Shown in pieces: positions 54,178 through 62,504 of a DNA stretch of 64,000 nucleotides. Numbering within the stretch: the stretch's first letter is position 1; every line of letters starts with the position of its first letter. A model generated the notes under the pieces. The model was not told the origin of the DNA, made no database searches, and saw only the letters and a program-made list of their open reading frames with translations. This DNA comes from an uncultured Acidobacteriota bacterium (GTDB lineage: Bacteria; Acidobacteriota; Terriglobia; Acidiferrales; UBA7541). A program made the translations under genes and the position numbers. The stretch is from positions 51,622 through 115,621 of the forward strand of contig CAVXHD010000002.1 of NCBI GenBank assembly GCA_963761555.1, written 5' to 3'.

Positions 54178-54549
54178 TCAACGCCGCAAAAAGCAAACTC
54201 GGTCGCTCCAATCCCATCGTGCTGTGACTCTGGCGAGTTCGCCGAGCGCTCGCACGATACCGCCCGTAACCGCCGGCGAAATTGTTTTCTCATCCACAAA
54301 AATTACGCCGCCGTGTTTTCGTCCCTCTTCTGCCCAAATTTTGAGCAATGGCGGAATCGTTCTTCGATCATACGTAACTAACGTTAATCCTTGCACCGCG
54401 GTTTGCTGCAAACAGACGGAATCCTGCTGCCCGAGGAACTCGCCCTTCTCCCAATCCGCCATACACACGGCCACTAGCCGCCGGTTGCGTCGCCGAAGGC
54501 CTTCCGCTACAGCTGGCGAGATATGCTCGTCCAGAAGCAGCTTGAACAT
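54178..54549 (-). CDS. DUF5615-like (PIN-like/Mut7-C-like) putative toxin
   Basis: ORF trimmed to [21 protein letters not shown] (ATG at 54549). The stop of the upstream gene and this ATG are arranged as TGAtATG. Confidence 0.55.
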   Translation of the reverse strand: MFKLLLDEHISPAVAEGLRRRNRRLVAVCMADWEKGEFLGQQDSVCLQQTAVQGLTLVTYDRRTIPPLLKIWAEEGRKHGGVIFVDEKTISPAVTGGIVRALGELARVTARWDWSDRVCFLRR

Positions 54550-54550
54550 A

Positions 54551-54994
54551 TCAGCTCTTGGTTTTTCGGTTCGAGGCGAATTCCGCGCCTTGCGGCAACA
54601 TGCGCTGCAACGCTTCAAAGCTCATTGCCTCGTTTTCGGCGAGCGCCCCGTCGATCTCTTCGGGAAAAGCCCTTGCGTAATTTACGGCCGCTTGAATCTT
54701 TGCTTCCGGCCATCCAAGATGTTTCGCGGCGGCGGCCACATCGGCTTTGTAGCTCTGCACGATCAACAGTACCTCCCACACAGCGAGCGAGCTGCTTTGC
54801 AGGTACGCTTGCCGTCCCGCTCCGGAATCTCGGAAATCCACAAACGCGAATTCCGAACGCCGGAGCCCCTCTTCCACAAGCCGGGCGCTGGCGTCGCTGG
54901 CGGTCCAGCCATGCCGGTTCGCCATCCGCTTCAGCCGGTTTCCGCTTTCCGCCGGCAGCCTCATGCTGACCACCGTCGAACGATTGGATTTCAT
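54551..54994 (-). CDS. DUF433-like putative antitoxin with RHH-like N-terminus
   Basis: ORF trimmed to [25 protein letters not shown] (ATG at 54994). The C-terminal block [13 protein letters not shown]...[18 protein letters not shown] resembles DUF433. Confidence 0.5.
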   Translation of the reverse strand: MKSNRSTVVSMRLPAESGNRLKRMANRHGWTASDASARLVEEGLRRSEFAFVDFRDSGAGRQAYLQSSSLAVWEVLLIVQSYKADVAAAAKHLGWPEAKIQAAVNYARAFPEEIDGALAENEAMSFEALQRMLPQGAEFASNRKTKS

Positions 54995-55162
54995 GACGCT
55001 CTCCCTGACAATGTCACTGTTGTAAGTATTGTAGCACTGCCCCTGTCGGGCCGTCACACGATTTGCGCCTTGCGCCTTTCAGCGTTATCCTTACCCTGTG
55101 TACGCTGCGTTCTATTAGCTGATCCTGCCAAGCTCGCCCATGTCGCGAGCCCGCCGCTGTTT

Positions 55163-55196
55163 TCACCAATCACCAGTCACGAACCACCAGTCACTT
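55163..55196. repeat. dispersed short repeat (CACCAGTCAC module)
   Basis: tcaccaatcaccagtcacgaaccaccagtcactt lies upstream of prfA. A closely related copy is at 57082-57108 inside prmC. Confidence 0.5.
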
Positions 55197-55213
55197 CCTT
55201 ACGAGGTTTTTCC

Positions 55214-56305
55214 ATGAGCGTAATGACGTTGTCCGACAAATTGGATCAGCTCGGCACCCGCTACGACGAGCTCACGCAGCAGCTTTCGACGGCCGAAGTC
55301 GCCTCCGATTCTTCGCGTTTCCAGAAGATTGCCAAGCAGCACGCCGAACTCGAGGAGATCGTCGCCAAGCACCGCGAGTTCAAACAAATCGAAAAAGATC
55401 TCGCCGGCGCGCACCAGATGGTCGTCGAAGCCGAAGACCCCGAGATGAAGCAGATGGCCGTGGACGAGGAAAAGCAGCTCACCGTGCGAAAGGAAATCGT
55501 CGAACGCGAATTGAAGCTGCTCCTTCTGCCCAAGGATCCCAACGACGAAAAGAGCGTCATCGTCGAAATTCGCGCGGGAACCGGCGGCGACGAAGCCGCT
55601 CTCTTCGCCGCGGAACTTTTCCGCATGTATTCGCGTTACGCGGAGACGCTTGGCTGGAAAGTGGAAGTCCTTGAAAGCTCGCCATCCTCGCTTGGCGGCC
55701 TCAAGGAAATCGTCGCCGCTATTCAAGGGCACAAAGTCTATTCGAAGCTCAAATACGAAAGCGGCGTCCATCGCGTCCAGCGCGTGCCCGCCACGGAGAC
55801 GCAAGGGCGCATTCACACTTCCGCTGCAACAGTGGCCGTCCTTCCTGAAGCAGACGATATTGACATCAAAATCGAAGCAAAAGACTTGCGCATCGATACG
55901 TTCTGCTCCTCCGGCCCCGGCGGGCAGTCCGTCAATACCACGTATTCCGCTGTCCGCATCACGCACATTCCCAGCGGCCTTGTCGTCTCGCAGCAGGACG
56001 AGAAATCGCAGATCAAAAACCGCGCAAAAGCCATGCGCGTTTTGCGTACCCGCTTGTACGAAATGGAACTCGAAAAACAGCAAGCCGCCATCGGCGCCGA
56101 GCGCCGCGGCCAAATCGGTACCGGAGACCGCTCCGAGAAAATCCGCACCTACAATTTCCCGCAGAATCGCGTGACGGATCACCGCATCGGCATGACGCTC
56201 CACCAATTGACCGAAGTTATGGACGGCAAGCTCGCGCCGCTCGTCGATGGCCTCGTAAGCCACTACGAAGCTGAGCGCCTCGAGAGAGAACTCGGAGCCG
56301 CCTGA
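55214..56305 (+). CDS. prfA: peptide chain release factor 1
   Basis: In-frame ATG at 55214 within ORF 53732..56305 ([13 protein letters not shown]). GGQ motif [10 protein letters not shown] and the PxT-region [16 protein letters not shown]. Confidence 0.95.
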   Translation: MSVMTLSDKLDQLGTRYDELTQQLSTAEVASDSSRFQKIAKQHAELEEIVAKHREFKQIEKDLAGAHQMVVEAEDPEMKQMAVDEEKQLTVRKEIVERELKLLLLPKDPNDEKSVIVEIRAGTGGDEAALFAAELFRMYSRYAETLGWKVEVLESSPSSLGGLKEIVAAIQGHKVYSKLKYESGVHRVQRVPATETQGRIHTSAATVAVLPEADDIDIKIEAKDLRIDTFCSSGPGGQSVNTTYSAVRITHIPSGLVVSQQDEKSQIKNRAKAMRVLRTRLYEMELEKQQAAIGAERRGQIGTGDRSEKIRTYNFPQNRVTDHRIGMTLHQLTEVMDGKLAPLVDGLVSHYEAERLERELGAA

Positions 56306-56324
56306 TTTCCATGCGTGCCGCTGG

Positions 56325-56372
56325 CTCTCTGCCAACCTCCGCGCTCTGTGCGCCTCTGCATTGGATCTTTTT
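56325..56372. repeat. dispersed short repeat copy in the prfA-prmC spacer
   Basis: ctctctgccaacctccgcgctctgtgcgcctctgcattggatcttttt belongs to the same family as 44790-44835 and 53490-53535. Confidence 0.45.
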
Positions 56373-56392
56373 CTGAGCCTTATGAATTGATC

Positions 56393-57418
56393 ATGCCGAA
56401 CGCCGAACAAACTAAACCGCGGATGATCGACCTTCGCACCGCGTTCAAACAAGGCATTTCGCAATTGCGCGATGCCGGTGTGTCGTCCTTCACGTTGGCT
56501 GCAGAGATCCTGCTTCTTCACACGCTAGGCCGCGATCGCACCTGGCTCTATGCGCATCCCGAGGAATTGATCTCTGAATCCGACACGCAACGTTTTCATA
56601 AATTGCTTTCGCGCCGCGCCGCCGGCGAGCCAACGCAACATCTCACCGGCGAACAAGAATTTTGGGGATTGGAATTTGAAGTCACGCCGGATGTGCTGAT
56701 CCCTCGCCCCGAAACCGAACACGTCATCGAAGTGGCGCTCGATCGCCTGGCCGTTCGAGAAATTCGCGCCGGTCGAAAGCAAACAGTTACTGGCGAAGGA
56801 CTCGAAATCGCCGACATCGGAACCGGCTCCGGCTGCATCGCGATCGCCATAGCGAAAGAACTTCCCGGCGCGCGAATCTTCGCGACCGACATTTCCGCCG
56901 CGGCTCTCGCCGTTGCCCGTCGCAACGCTGCGCGCCACAACTTCAGCGATCAAATTCAGTTCCTTGAATCCAATTTGCTCGATGGCGCGATCGTGGGGGC
57001 ACGATTTCTCGATGGTGCCAGCGCAGGGGCACGATATATCGTGCCCCTACAACGAGACCCTGCGGCAAACACTCAGGGCGAGTCACCAGTCACGAGTCAC
57101 CAGCCACTTTCTTTCGATCTGGTTGTGAGCAACCCGCCGTACATCGGCCGCCGCGAATCCGTATCGCTGATGCGCGAAGTCCGCGATCACGAACCGGAGG
57201 TCGCTCTGTACGGCGGCGAAGAAGGCTACGAATTCTACGCCGACTTAATCGCCCAAGCCGCCGCGCACTTAAAGCCCGGCGGTCTGCTTGTGCTTGAACT
57301 GGGCCACAACAGCTTCCCCGCCGTGCAGCCGCTTCTCGACGCTCCGAATTGGACGAATGTCGGCATAACCAAAGATCTCGCCGGAATCGACCGCGTCATC
57401 GCCTCCGAAAGAACTTGA
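56393..57418 (+). CDS. prmC: release factor glutamine N5-methyltransferase (PrmC/HemK) with repeat-derived loop insertion
   Basis: ATG at 56393 (MPNAEQTKPRMIDL). SAM motif IADIGTGSGCIAI and catalytic VVSNPPYI. An extra ~42 codons lie between LESNLLDG and FDLVVSNPPY. Confidence 0.85.
   Translation: MPNAEQTKPRMIDLRTAFKQGISQLRDAGVSSFTLAAEILLLHTLGRDRTWLYAHPEELISESDTQRFHKLLSRRAAGEPTQHLTGEQEFWGLEFEVTPDVLIPRPETEHVIEVALDRLAVREIRAGRKQTVTGEGLEIADIGTGSGCIAIAIAKELPGARIFATDISAAALAVARRNAARHNFSDQIQFLESNLLDGAIVGARFLDGASAGARYIVPLQRDPAANTQGESPVTSHQPLSFDLVVSNPPYIGRRESVSLMREVRDHEPEVALYGGEEGYEFYADLIAQAAAHLKPGGLLVLELGHNSFPAVQPLLDAPNWTNVGITKDLAGIDRVIASERT
56987..57112. repeat. cluster of REP-like modules inside prmC
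   Basis: Degenerate hairpin GGCAC-N12-GTGCC (56998-57019). Perfect 24-nt palindrome AGGGGCACGATATATCGTGCCCCT (57025-57048). CACCAGTCAC module (57082-57108). Confidence 0.65.
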
Positions 57419-57490
57419 GTATGGGGTACTTCGACGTTAGAATTGACCACGAACTAATTAATTAGTTCGACGCACAAATGAGAGAACCGA

Positions 57491-57808
57491 ATGGCTAAAG
57501 CACATACAAAGACCGCGAGGCCGGCGGACCGAATCGTTACGGCGTTGACGGCGCGAACGCAATTCGGTCAAATCCTCAGGCGTGTCCACAAGAACAAGGA
57601 GAAGTTTGTGGTGCAAAGACGCGGAGAGTCGCAAGCTGTGATCCTGAATGTCGAGGAATACGTGCGTTTGTTTGCGAAGCCGCACCCTTCGGTGGAAGCG
57701 ATTCGCAGGGAAGCCAAAGCCAAAGGGCTCGATCGCCTGACCATGCGAGAAATAAATCGTGAGATTAAACTGGCCCGGCGCGAGTTGAGAAAAAAGAAGA
57801 ACGGATGA
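57491..57808 (+). CDS. Phd/YefM-family antitoxin
   Basis: 105 aa. TALTARTQFGQILRRVHKNKEKFVVQRRGESQAVILNVEEYVRL. 4-nt overlap with the downstream PIN gene. Confidence 0.7.
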   Translation: MAKAHTKTARPADRIVTALTARTQFGQILRRVHKNKEKFVVQRRGESQAVILNVEEYVRLFAKPHPSVEAIRREAKAKGLDRLTMREINREIKLARRELRKKKNG

Positions 57809-58218
57809 GAAAGGCAGTCCCGGACACCAACGTCGTTGTTTCCGGCCTGTTGAGGCCTGCTGGGGCGCCAGCCAGTATCATGGACTTGGGATTTTCCGGA
57901 CAATTTAGATGGTACGCATCGGAAGCAATTATCGAGGAATACGAGGTGGTCCTGGCTAGAAAAAGGCTCGGCATCCCAGCGCGCAGGGCGGCGGACTTTT
58001 TTGCGGACTTGCATAACACAGCAGTCGTGGTGGTCCCAACCAGAAAACTTCGTGAGTGCGCCGACCCGAGCGATGACAAGTTCCTGGGGTGTGCGCTCGA
58101 AGCGAGGGCAGACCACGTAGTGACAGGAAACGTAAGGGATTTTCCGGAAAGATTTCAAGACATTCGCGTTGTTGCCCCTCGCCAATTCCTTACTCTGCTC
58201 ACGGCAGATCCGCACTGA
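57805..58218 (+). CDS. PIN-domain toxin (TIGR00305-like family)
   Basis: 137 aa. VPDTNVVVSGLL, SEAIIEEYEVVLARKRL, DPSDDKFLGCALEARADHVVTGNVRDF. Paralogous in pattern to 42497..42931. Confidence 0.75.
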   Translation: MRKAVPDTNVVVSGLLRPAGAPASIMDLGFSGQFRWYASEAIIEEYEVVLARKRLGIPARRAADFFADLHNTAVVVVPTRKLRECADPSDDKFLGCALEARADHVVTGNVRDFPERFQDIRVVAPRQFLTLLTADPH

Positions 58219-58275
58219 ACGGCCAATCGGGCATAGAAATTGAAAGCGACGATGAAACGGGCGTAGGCTAGCGGC

Positions 58276-59523
58276 ATGCCAGAAATGGCGCGATTTCGGG
58301 CGAAGCATGGGGCGCTGGAGGCGCGCGGTGCGGACGCGAGCGCGTCTATTTTGCATGTCGACATGGATGCGTTTTTTGTGTCAGTGGAATTGCTGGAGCG
58401 GCCGGAGCTCCGCGGAAAGGCGGTGATTGTCGGCGGAGGGCCGAACCAGCGTGGCGTGGTTACATCGGCGAGCTACGAGGCGCGGAAATTCGGCGTGCAT
58501 TCGGCGATGCCGCTGCGGACGGCAGGGCGGCTCTGTCCGCATGGCATTTTTCTCGACGGGCATCATGAGAAATATGGCGAGTGGAGCGATTGCGTCGCAA
58601 CCATTCTCGGAAAATTCTCGCCGGTCGTCGAAATGGTTTCGATCGACGAAGCTTATCTGGACCTTGCGGGAACAGAGCGGCTGCACGGTCCGCCTCTCGC
58701 GGCGGCGGACACTCTGCTTCGGACGATCACCAAGTCGACCGGGCTTCCCTGTTCCGGCGGACTTGCGGCAACGCGGCTCGTCGCGAAAGTAGCTTCGGAG
58801 CAAGCCAAACCTCGCGGGTTGGTATGGGTTGCGCCGGGCCAGGAAGCGCAGTTTCTTGCGCCGCTGTCGGTACGGAAGATTCCGGGGATCGGCGAAGTGA
58901 CGGAACGCGCGTTGCGGGCGCTGGGGATCGAAACCGTGCAGCAACTGGCGGCGGTCCCGCAGGAAAAACTCGAAAAAGTTTTCGGCCAATGGGGCGATGC
59001 ACTCTATCGCAAAGCGCGGGGGGGCGATTCGTACGAATTTGTGATCGATGCCGAACCGAAATCCATTTCGCACAATCACACGTTTGGCGAAGACACCAAC
59101 GATACGGATGCGCTCCACGCCATGCTCAGCCACCTCTCGCAAAAAGCGTGCAAGCGATTGCGCGAAGCCGGACTGGCGACACGGACTCTGACGCTGACCA
59201 TCCGGTACACGGGGTTCGATACGCACACACGCGCAAAAACCCTTTCGGAGCCAACGCGGCTGGATACCGATATTTTCCGCGTGTTTCAATCGCTGTTTGC
59301 CGAGCATCGCGACAGGAAGAGAAAAATCCGGCTGCTCGGGGTCGCGTTGAGCGGGCTGACGCACGGGGCGGAACAATTGGATCTCCTCGATACGGAGCGC
59401 CGCGAGAAACTCGAAAAATTGACACGGGCAGCGGACAAGCTGCGCGACCGTTATGGATTTGGAAAAGTGCAATTCGGCGGCTCGCTGCGCGCGGACGGTT
59501 CGAACAACGAGCGCGAGGAGTAG
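58276..59523 (+). CDS. dinB: DNA polymerase IV
   Basis: 415 aa. ILHVDMDAFFVSVE, SIDEAYLD, and the HhH region VRKIPGIGEVT. Confidence 0.9.
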   Translation: MPEMARFRAKHGALEARGADASASILHVDMDAFFVSVELLERPELRGKAVIVGGGPNQRGVVTSASYEARKFGVHSAMPLRTAGRLCPHGIFLDGHHEKYGEWSDCVATILGKFSPVVEMVSIDEAYLDLAGTERLHGPPLAAADTLLRTITKSTGLPCSGGLAATRLVAKVASEQAKPRGLVWVAPGQEAQFLAPLSVRKIPGIGEVTERALRALGIETVQQLAAVPQEKLEKVFGQWGDALYRKARGGDSYEFVIDAEPKSISHNHTFGEDTNDTDALHAMLSHLSQKACKRLREAGLATRTLTLTIRYTGFDTHTRAKTLSEPTRLDTDIFRVFQSLFAEHRDRKRKIRLLGVALSGLTHGAEQLDLLDTERREKLEKLTRAADKLRDRYGFGKVQFGGSLRADGSNNEREE

Positions 59524-59658
59524 CGGCGGGACGGTCCTTCCGGGCGATTGCGGTTAGGCAGTCTCTCCCGAAGGCGAGCTTTGAGCGGTCCTTCTCGCTG
59601 ACGCTGTGGTCATTTCGGAAGCGTGACCCCACGGAAGCGGATACCCTATACTTCTCGA

Positions 59659-60816
59659 ATGAGTCGCGTCACCCCTCCATCCGCTACGGCCACGCATCAA
59701 CGTCCGGGCGGCAGGCTCCACAATTTTTGGCAGCGCATCAGCGAAGGCCGACAGCTCGATGAGCTGTGGTCGCAATTCAGCGCCGACGCCCGCGCGAGCT
59801 ACGGCTTCTACATGAAAGAAGCCGATTCGGACGAGATGGTGAACCGGCGAGGTCGGCCGCGATTCGGACGAATCGTGAAGGCGCTGTTCTGGTCGCTGGT
59901 GATGAAGCTGACGCCGGTGCGGCGCGTGATTCTGGTGATCGCCATCGTTCTGTTTTTCGTGCCGAACATTAATGTCCAAGGCCACAACCAGGTAACTTTC
60001 GATTTCAATCTCGGCGTCATTTCGGCAGTCCTGTTTTTGATTCTGCTGGCGCTGGAACTCGCGGACAAGGTGACAATGAAGCGCGACCTGGAAATCGCGC
60101 GGGAAATCCAGACGTGGCTGGTTCCATCGCAACCGCCGGAAGTCGCCGGGGGAGACATCGCGTTCGCGTCGAGGCCCCAGAATTCGGTTGCGGGGGATTA
60201 TTACGACGCGTTCTATCCCACGGCGACCGCGGAAGAAAAAGGAAAGCTGATGCTGGTGATCGCGGACGTGGCGGGAAAGAGCATACCCGCGGCGCTGCTG
60301 ATGGCCACGCTGCAAGCGAGCCTGCACACCATCGCAGGCGAGGGCGCTCCGCTGGCCGATCTGGTGACGCGGCTCAACCGCTATGCCTGCGCGCACAGTC
60401 TCGATGGCCGCCGATTCACGACCGCGGTTCTGGGCGAATATGATCCCGCTGACCGGCGCCTTTTCTATGTGAACGCCGGCCACAATCCTCCTATACTGCG
60501 GCACGCGAATGGAGGCACCGAAAAGTTGGAGGCGGGCGGCCTGCCTTTGGGGATAGAAGTGGACGGCGCATACACCACGGCGACGATCGACCTAGCAGTT
60601 GGCGACGCTTTGATTTTGTATACGGACGGGGTGGTTGAGGCATTTGACGAAAAAGGACAGGAATTTGGGAACGATCGGTGGATGGAGGCGATCCGCGCGC
60701 TGCCGGACATGAGTGCCGCGGAATCGCTGCAATTTTTGATGAAGCGCGTGGATGATTTCGTGGGCCTGACGCGGCAGTCGGACGACATTACCTGCCTCGT
60801 TTTCCGCTGCAAGTAA
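59659..60816 (+). CDS. PP2C/SpoIIE-family Ser/Thr phosphatase with N-terminal TM segments
   Basis: ORF trimmed to the ATG at 59659. TMs VILVIAIVLFFV and VISAVLFLILLALEL. SpoIIE blocks SVAGDYYDAF, LVIADVAGKSIPAALLMA, LYTDGVVEA. Confidence 0.8.
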   Translation: MSRVTPPSATATHQRPGGRLHNFWQRISEGRQLDELWSQFSADARASYGFYMKEADSDEMVNRRGRPRFGRIVKALFWSLVMKLTPVRRVILVIAIVLFFVPNINVQGHNQVTFDFNLGVISAVLFLILLALELADKVTMKRDLEIAREIQTWLVPSQPPEVAGGDIAFASRPQNSVAGDYYDAFYPTATAEEKGKLMLVIADVAGKSIPAALLMATLQASLHTIAGEGAPLADLVTRLNRYACAHSLDGRRFTTAVLGEYDPADRRLFYVNAGHNPPILRHANGGTEKLEAGGLPLGIEVDGAYTTATIDLAVGDALILYTDGVVEAFDEKGQEFGNDRWMEAIRALPDMSAAESLQFLMKRVDDFVGLTRQSDDITCLVFRCK

Positions 60817-60878
60817 TTTGGTGCCGCAACCCTTCGCAGAAACCTTGCTTTACACATCTCTCCCCATTAGCGCCGCAG

Positions 60879-62234
60879 GTGTCGCATAATCGCAGCGTGA
60901 CGGCGCGGGAACTTGCCAATTCGATTTGCGATGTGTTGCAGCGCAACGGGCATCAGGCGCTGCTGGTGGGCGGATGTGTGCGCGATTTGCTGCTGGGACG
61001 CGAGCCAGCGGATTACGACGTGACGACCGACGCAACGCCGCAGCAAGTGATGGAATTGTTTCCAGAGAGCATCGCGGTGGGGGCGCAATTCGGTGTGGTG
61101 CTGGTGCCGCGCGATGAGCTGAAGGTGGAAGTTGCGACATTTCGCTCGGACGTGGGTTATTCGGATGGGCGGCATCCCGACCGGGTGGTTTATTCCAAGG
61201 CGCCAGAAGAAGATGTGCGGCGGCGCGACTTCACAATCAACGGGCTGCTGATGCGGCACGACACCGGCGAAATTCTGGATTTTGTGGGCGGGCAGGAAGA
61301 TTTGAGGGCCGGAGTGGTTCGCGCAATCGGCGAAGCGGACCGGCGTTTTGCGGAAGACAAACTACGAATGATGCGCGCGGTGCGGTTCGCGGCGCGATTC
61401 GGATTCGAGATCGAGCACAAGACCTTTGCGGCGATACGGCGGCATGCGGGAGCCATCACCGACGTTTCGGCGGAGCGGCTTCGCGAGGAACTCACGAAAC
61501 TCCTGACGGAAGGCGCCGCGCGGCACGGTTTCGAACTGCTGGAAAAGGCCTGGCTGCTTTCGATTGTGCTGCCGGAAATCGCGGCAATGAAGGGCATCCC
61601 GCAGCCTCCGCAGTTTCATCCGGAAGGCGACGTGTGGATTCACACGATGCTGATGATCGAGGGATTGCCGGCAGGAATTTCGCCAACGCTGGCGTGGGGC
61701 GTGCTGCTGCATGACGTGGGCAAGCCACCTACGTACAAGCCGGCTTCACAAACCGGCGACCGCATTCGATTCGATCACCACGTCGACGTAGGCGTGCGCA
61801 TGGCCGAGACGATATGCCGGCGATTCCGCTTTTCGAATGAAGAAACGGAGCAGATCATTGCGCTGGTGGCGAACCACATGCGGTTCAAGGATGTGGACCG
61901 GATGCGAAAATCGACGCTGAAGCGATTCGTGCGCTTGCCGCGGTTCGAAGAGCATTTGGAACTGCACAGGCTGGATTGCCTTTCGAGCCATCGCAATCTG
62001 GATTCGTACACGGAGGTGCAGAGATTTTTGTCTGAGACGCCTGCGGAAGAGGTCCGTCCACAGCGTGTCCTAACCGGCAACGATTTAAACCAAATGGGCT
62101 ATACCCCTGGACCGCTTTTTAGCGAAATATTGAGGGCAGTGGAAGACGCCCAACTCGACGGCCAGGTTTCCACCAAAGAACAGGCTGAGGAACTCGTCAG
62201 GAAGCGGTTCGGACTGAAAAAAGGGGAGGCCTGA
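60879..62234 (+). CDS. cca: CCA-adding tRNA nucleotidyltransferase with HD domain
   Basis: 451 aa, GTG start. LLVGGCVRDLLLGREPADYDVTTDA, RRDFTINGL, HD motif LLHDVGKP. Confidence 0.85.
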   Translation: MSHNRSVTARELANSICDVLQRNGHQALLVGGCVRDLLLGREPADYDVTTDATPQQVMELFPESIAVGAQFGVVLVPRDELKVEVATFRSDVGYSDGRHPDRVVYSKAPEEDVRRRDFTINGLLMRHDTGEILDFVGGQEDLRAGVVRAIGEADRRFAEDKLRMMRAVRFAARFGFEIEHKTFAAIRRHAGAITDVSAERLREELTKLLTEGAARHGFELLEKAWLLSIVLPEIAAMKGIPQPPQFHPEGDVWIHTMLMIEGLPAGISPTLAWGVLLHDVGKPPTYKPASQTGDRIRFDHHVDVGVRMAETICRRFRFSNEETEQIIALVANHMRFKDVDRMRKSTLKRFVRLPRFEEHLELHRLDCLSSHRNLDSYTEVQRFLSETPAEEVRPQRVLTGNDLNQMGYTPGPLFSEILRAVEDAQLDGQVSTKEQAEELVRKRFGLKKGEA

Positions 62235-62504
62235 GATCTGGAGCGATGCTGCTTTCGGGCCGATGGTTTGGGTAACCCCAGAGGCACCAAGGAACAGCGA
62301 TAGTGCTGGCAAGTATTTGATAACAAAGGGTGAAAAGGACGAATTGCGAGCGGCGTGAATAAGTGCTAGAATGTGAGTTTGGGAGGCTTAGATTTCTTGC
62401 TTACATGACTTGCATCTATCTGCATCATTTCGGCCTAGCCTGCATCTAAGTTGTTGAGGCGCAGAAGATTCTTCCCTGCGCTTGGAATCTAGGGGACATT
62501 CAAA

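Noticed and set aside
53732-55213. 494-codon N-terminal extension of the ORF containing prfA
   Set aside because: The extension is antisense to the Rieske oxygenase and DUF433/DUF5615 genes and has no protein-like motifs. RF1 begins at the internal ATG at 55214.
55199-56521. 440-aa minus-strand ORF
   Set aside because: It is antisense to prfA (GGQ motif and full RF1 sequence on the plus strand), so it is a shadow ORF.
58381-59762. 363-aa minus-strand and 393-aa plus-strand ORFs overlapping dinB
   Set aside because: Both are Arg/Pro-rich alternative frames of the clearly recognisable DNA polymerase IV gene.
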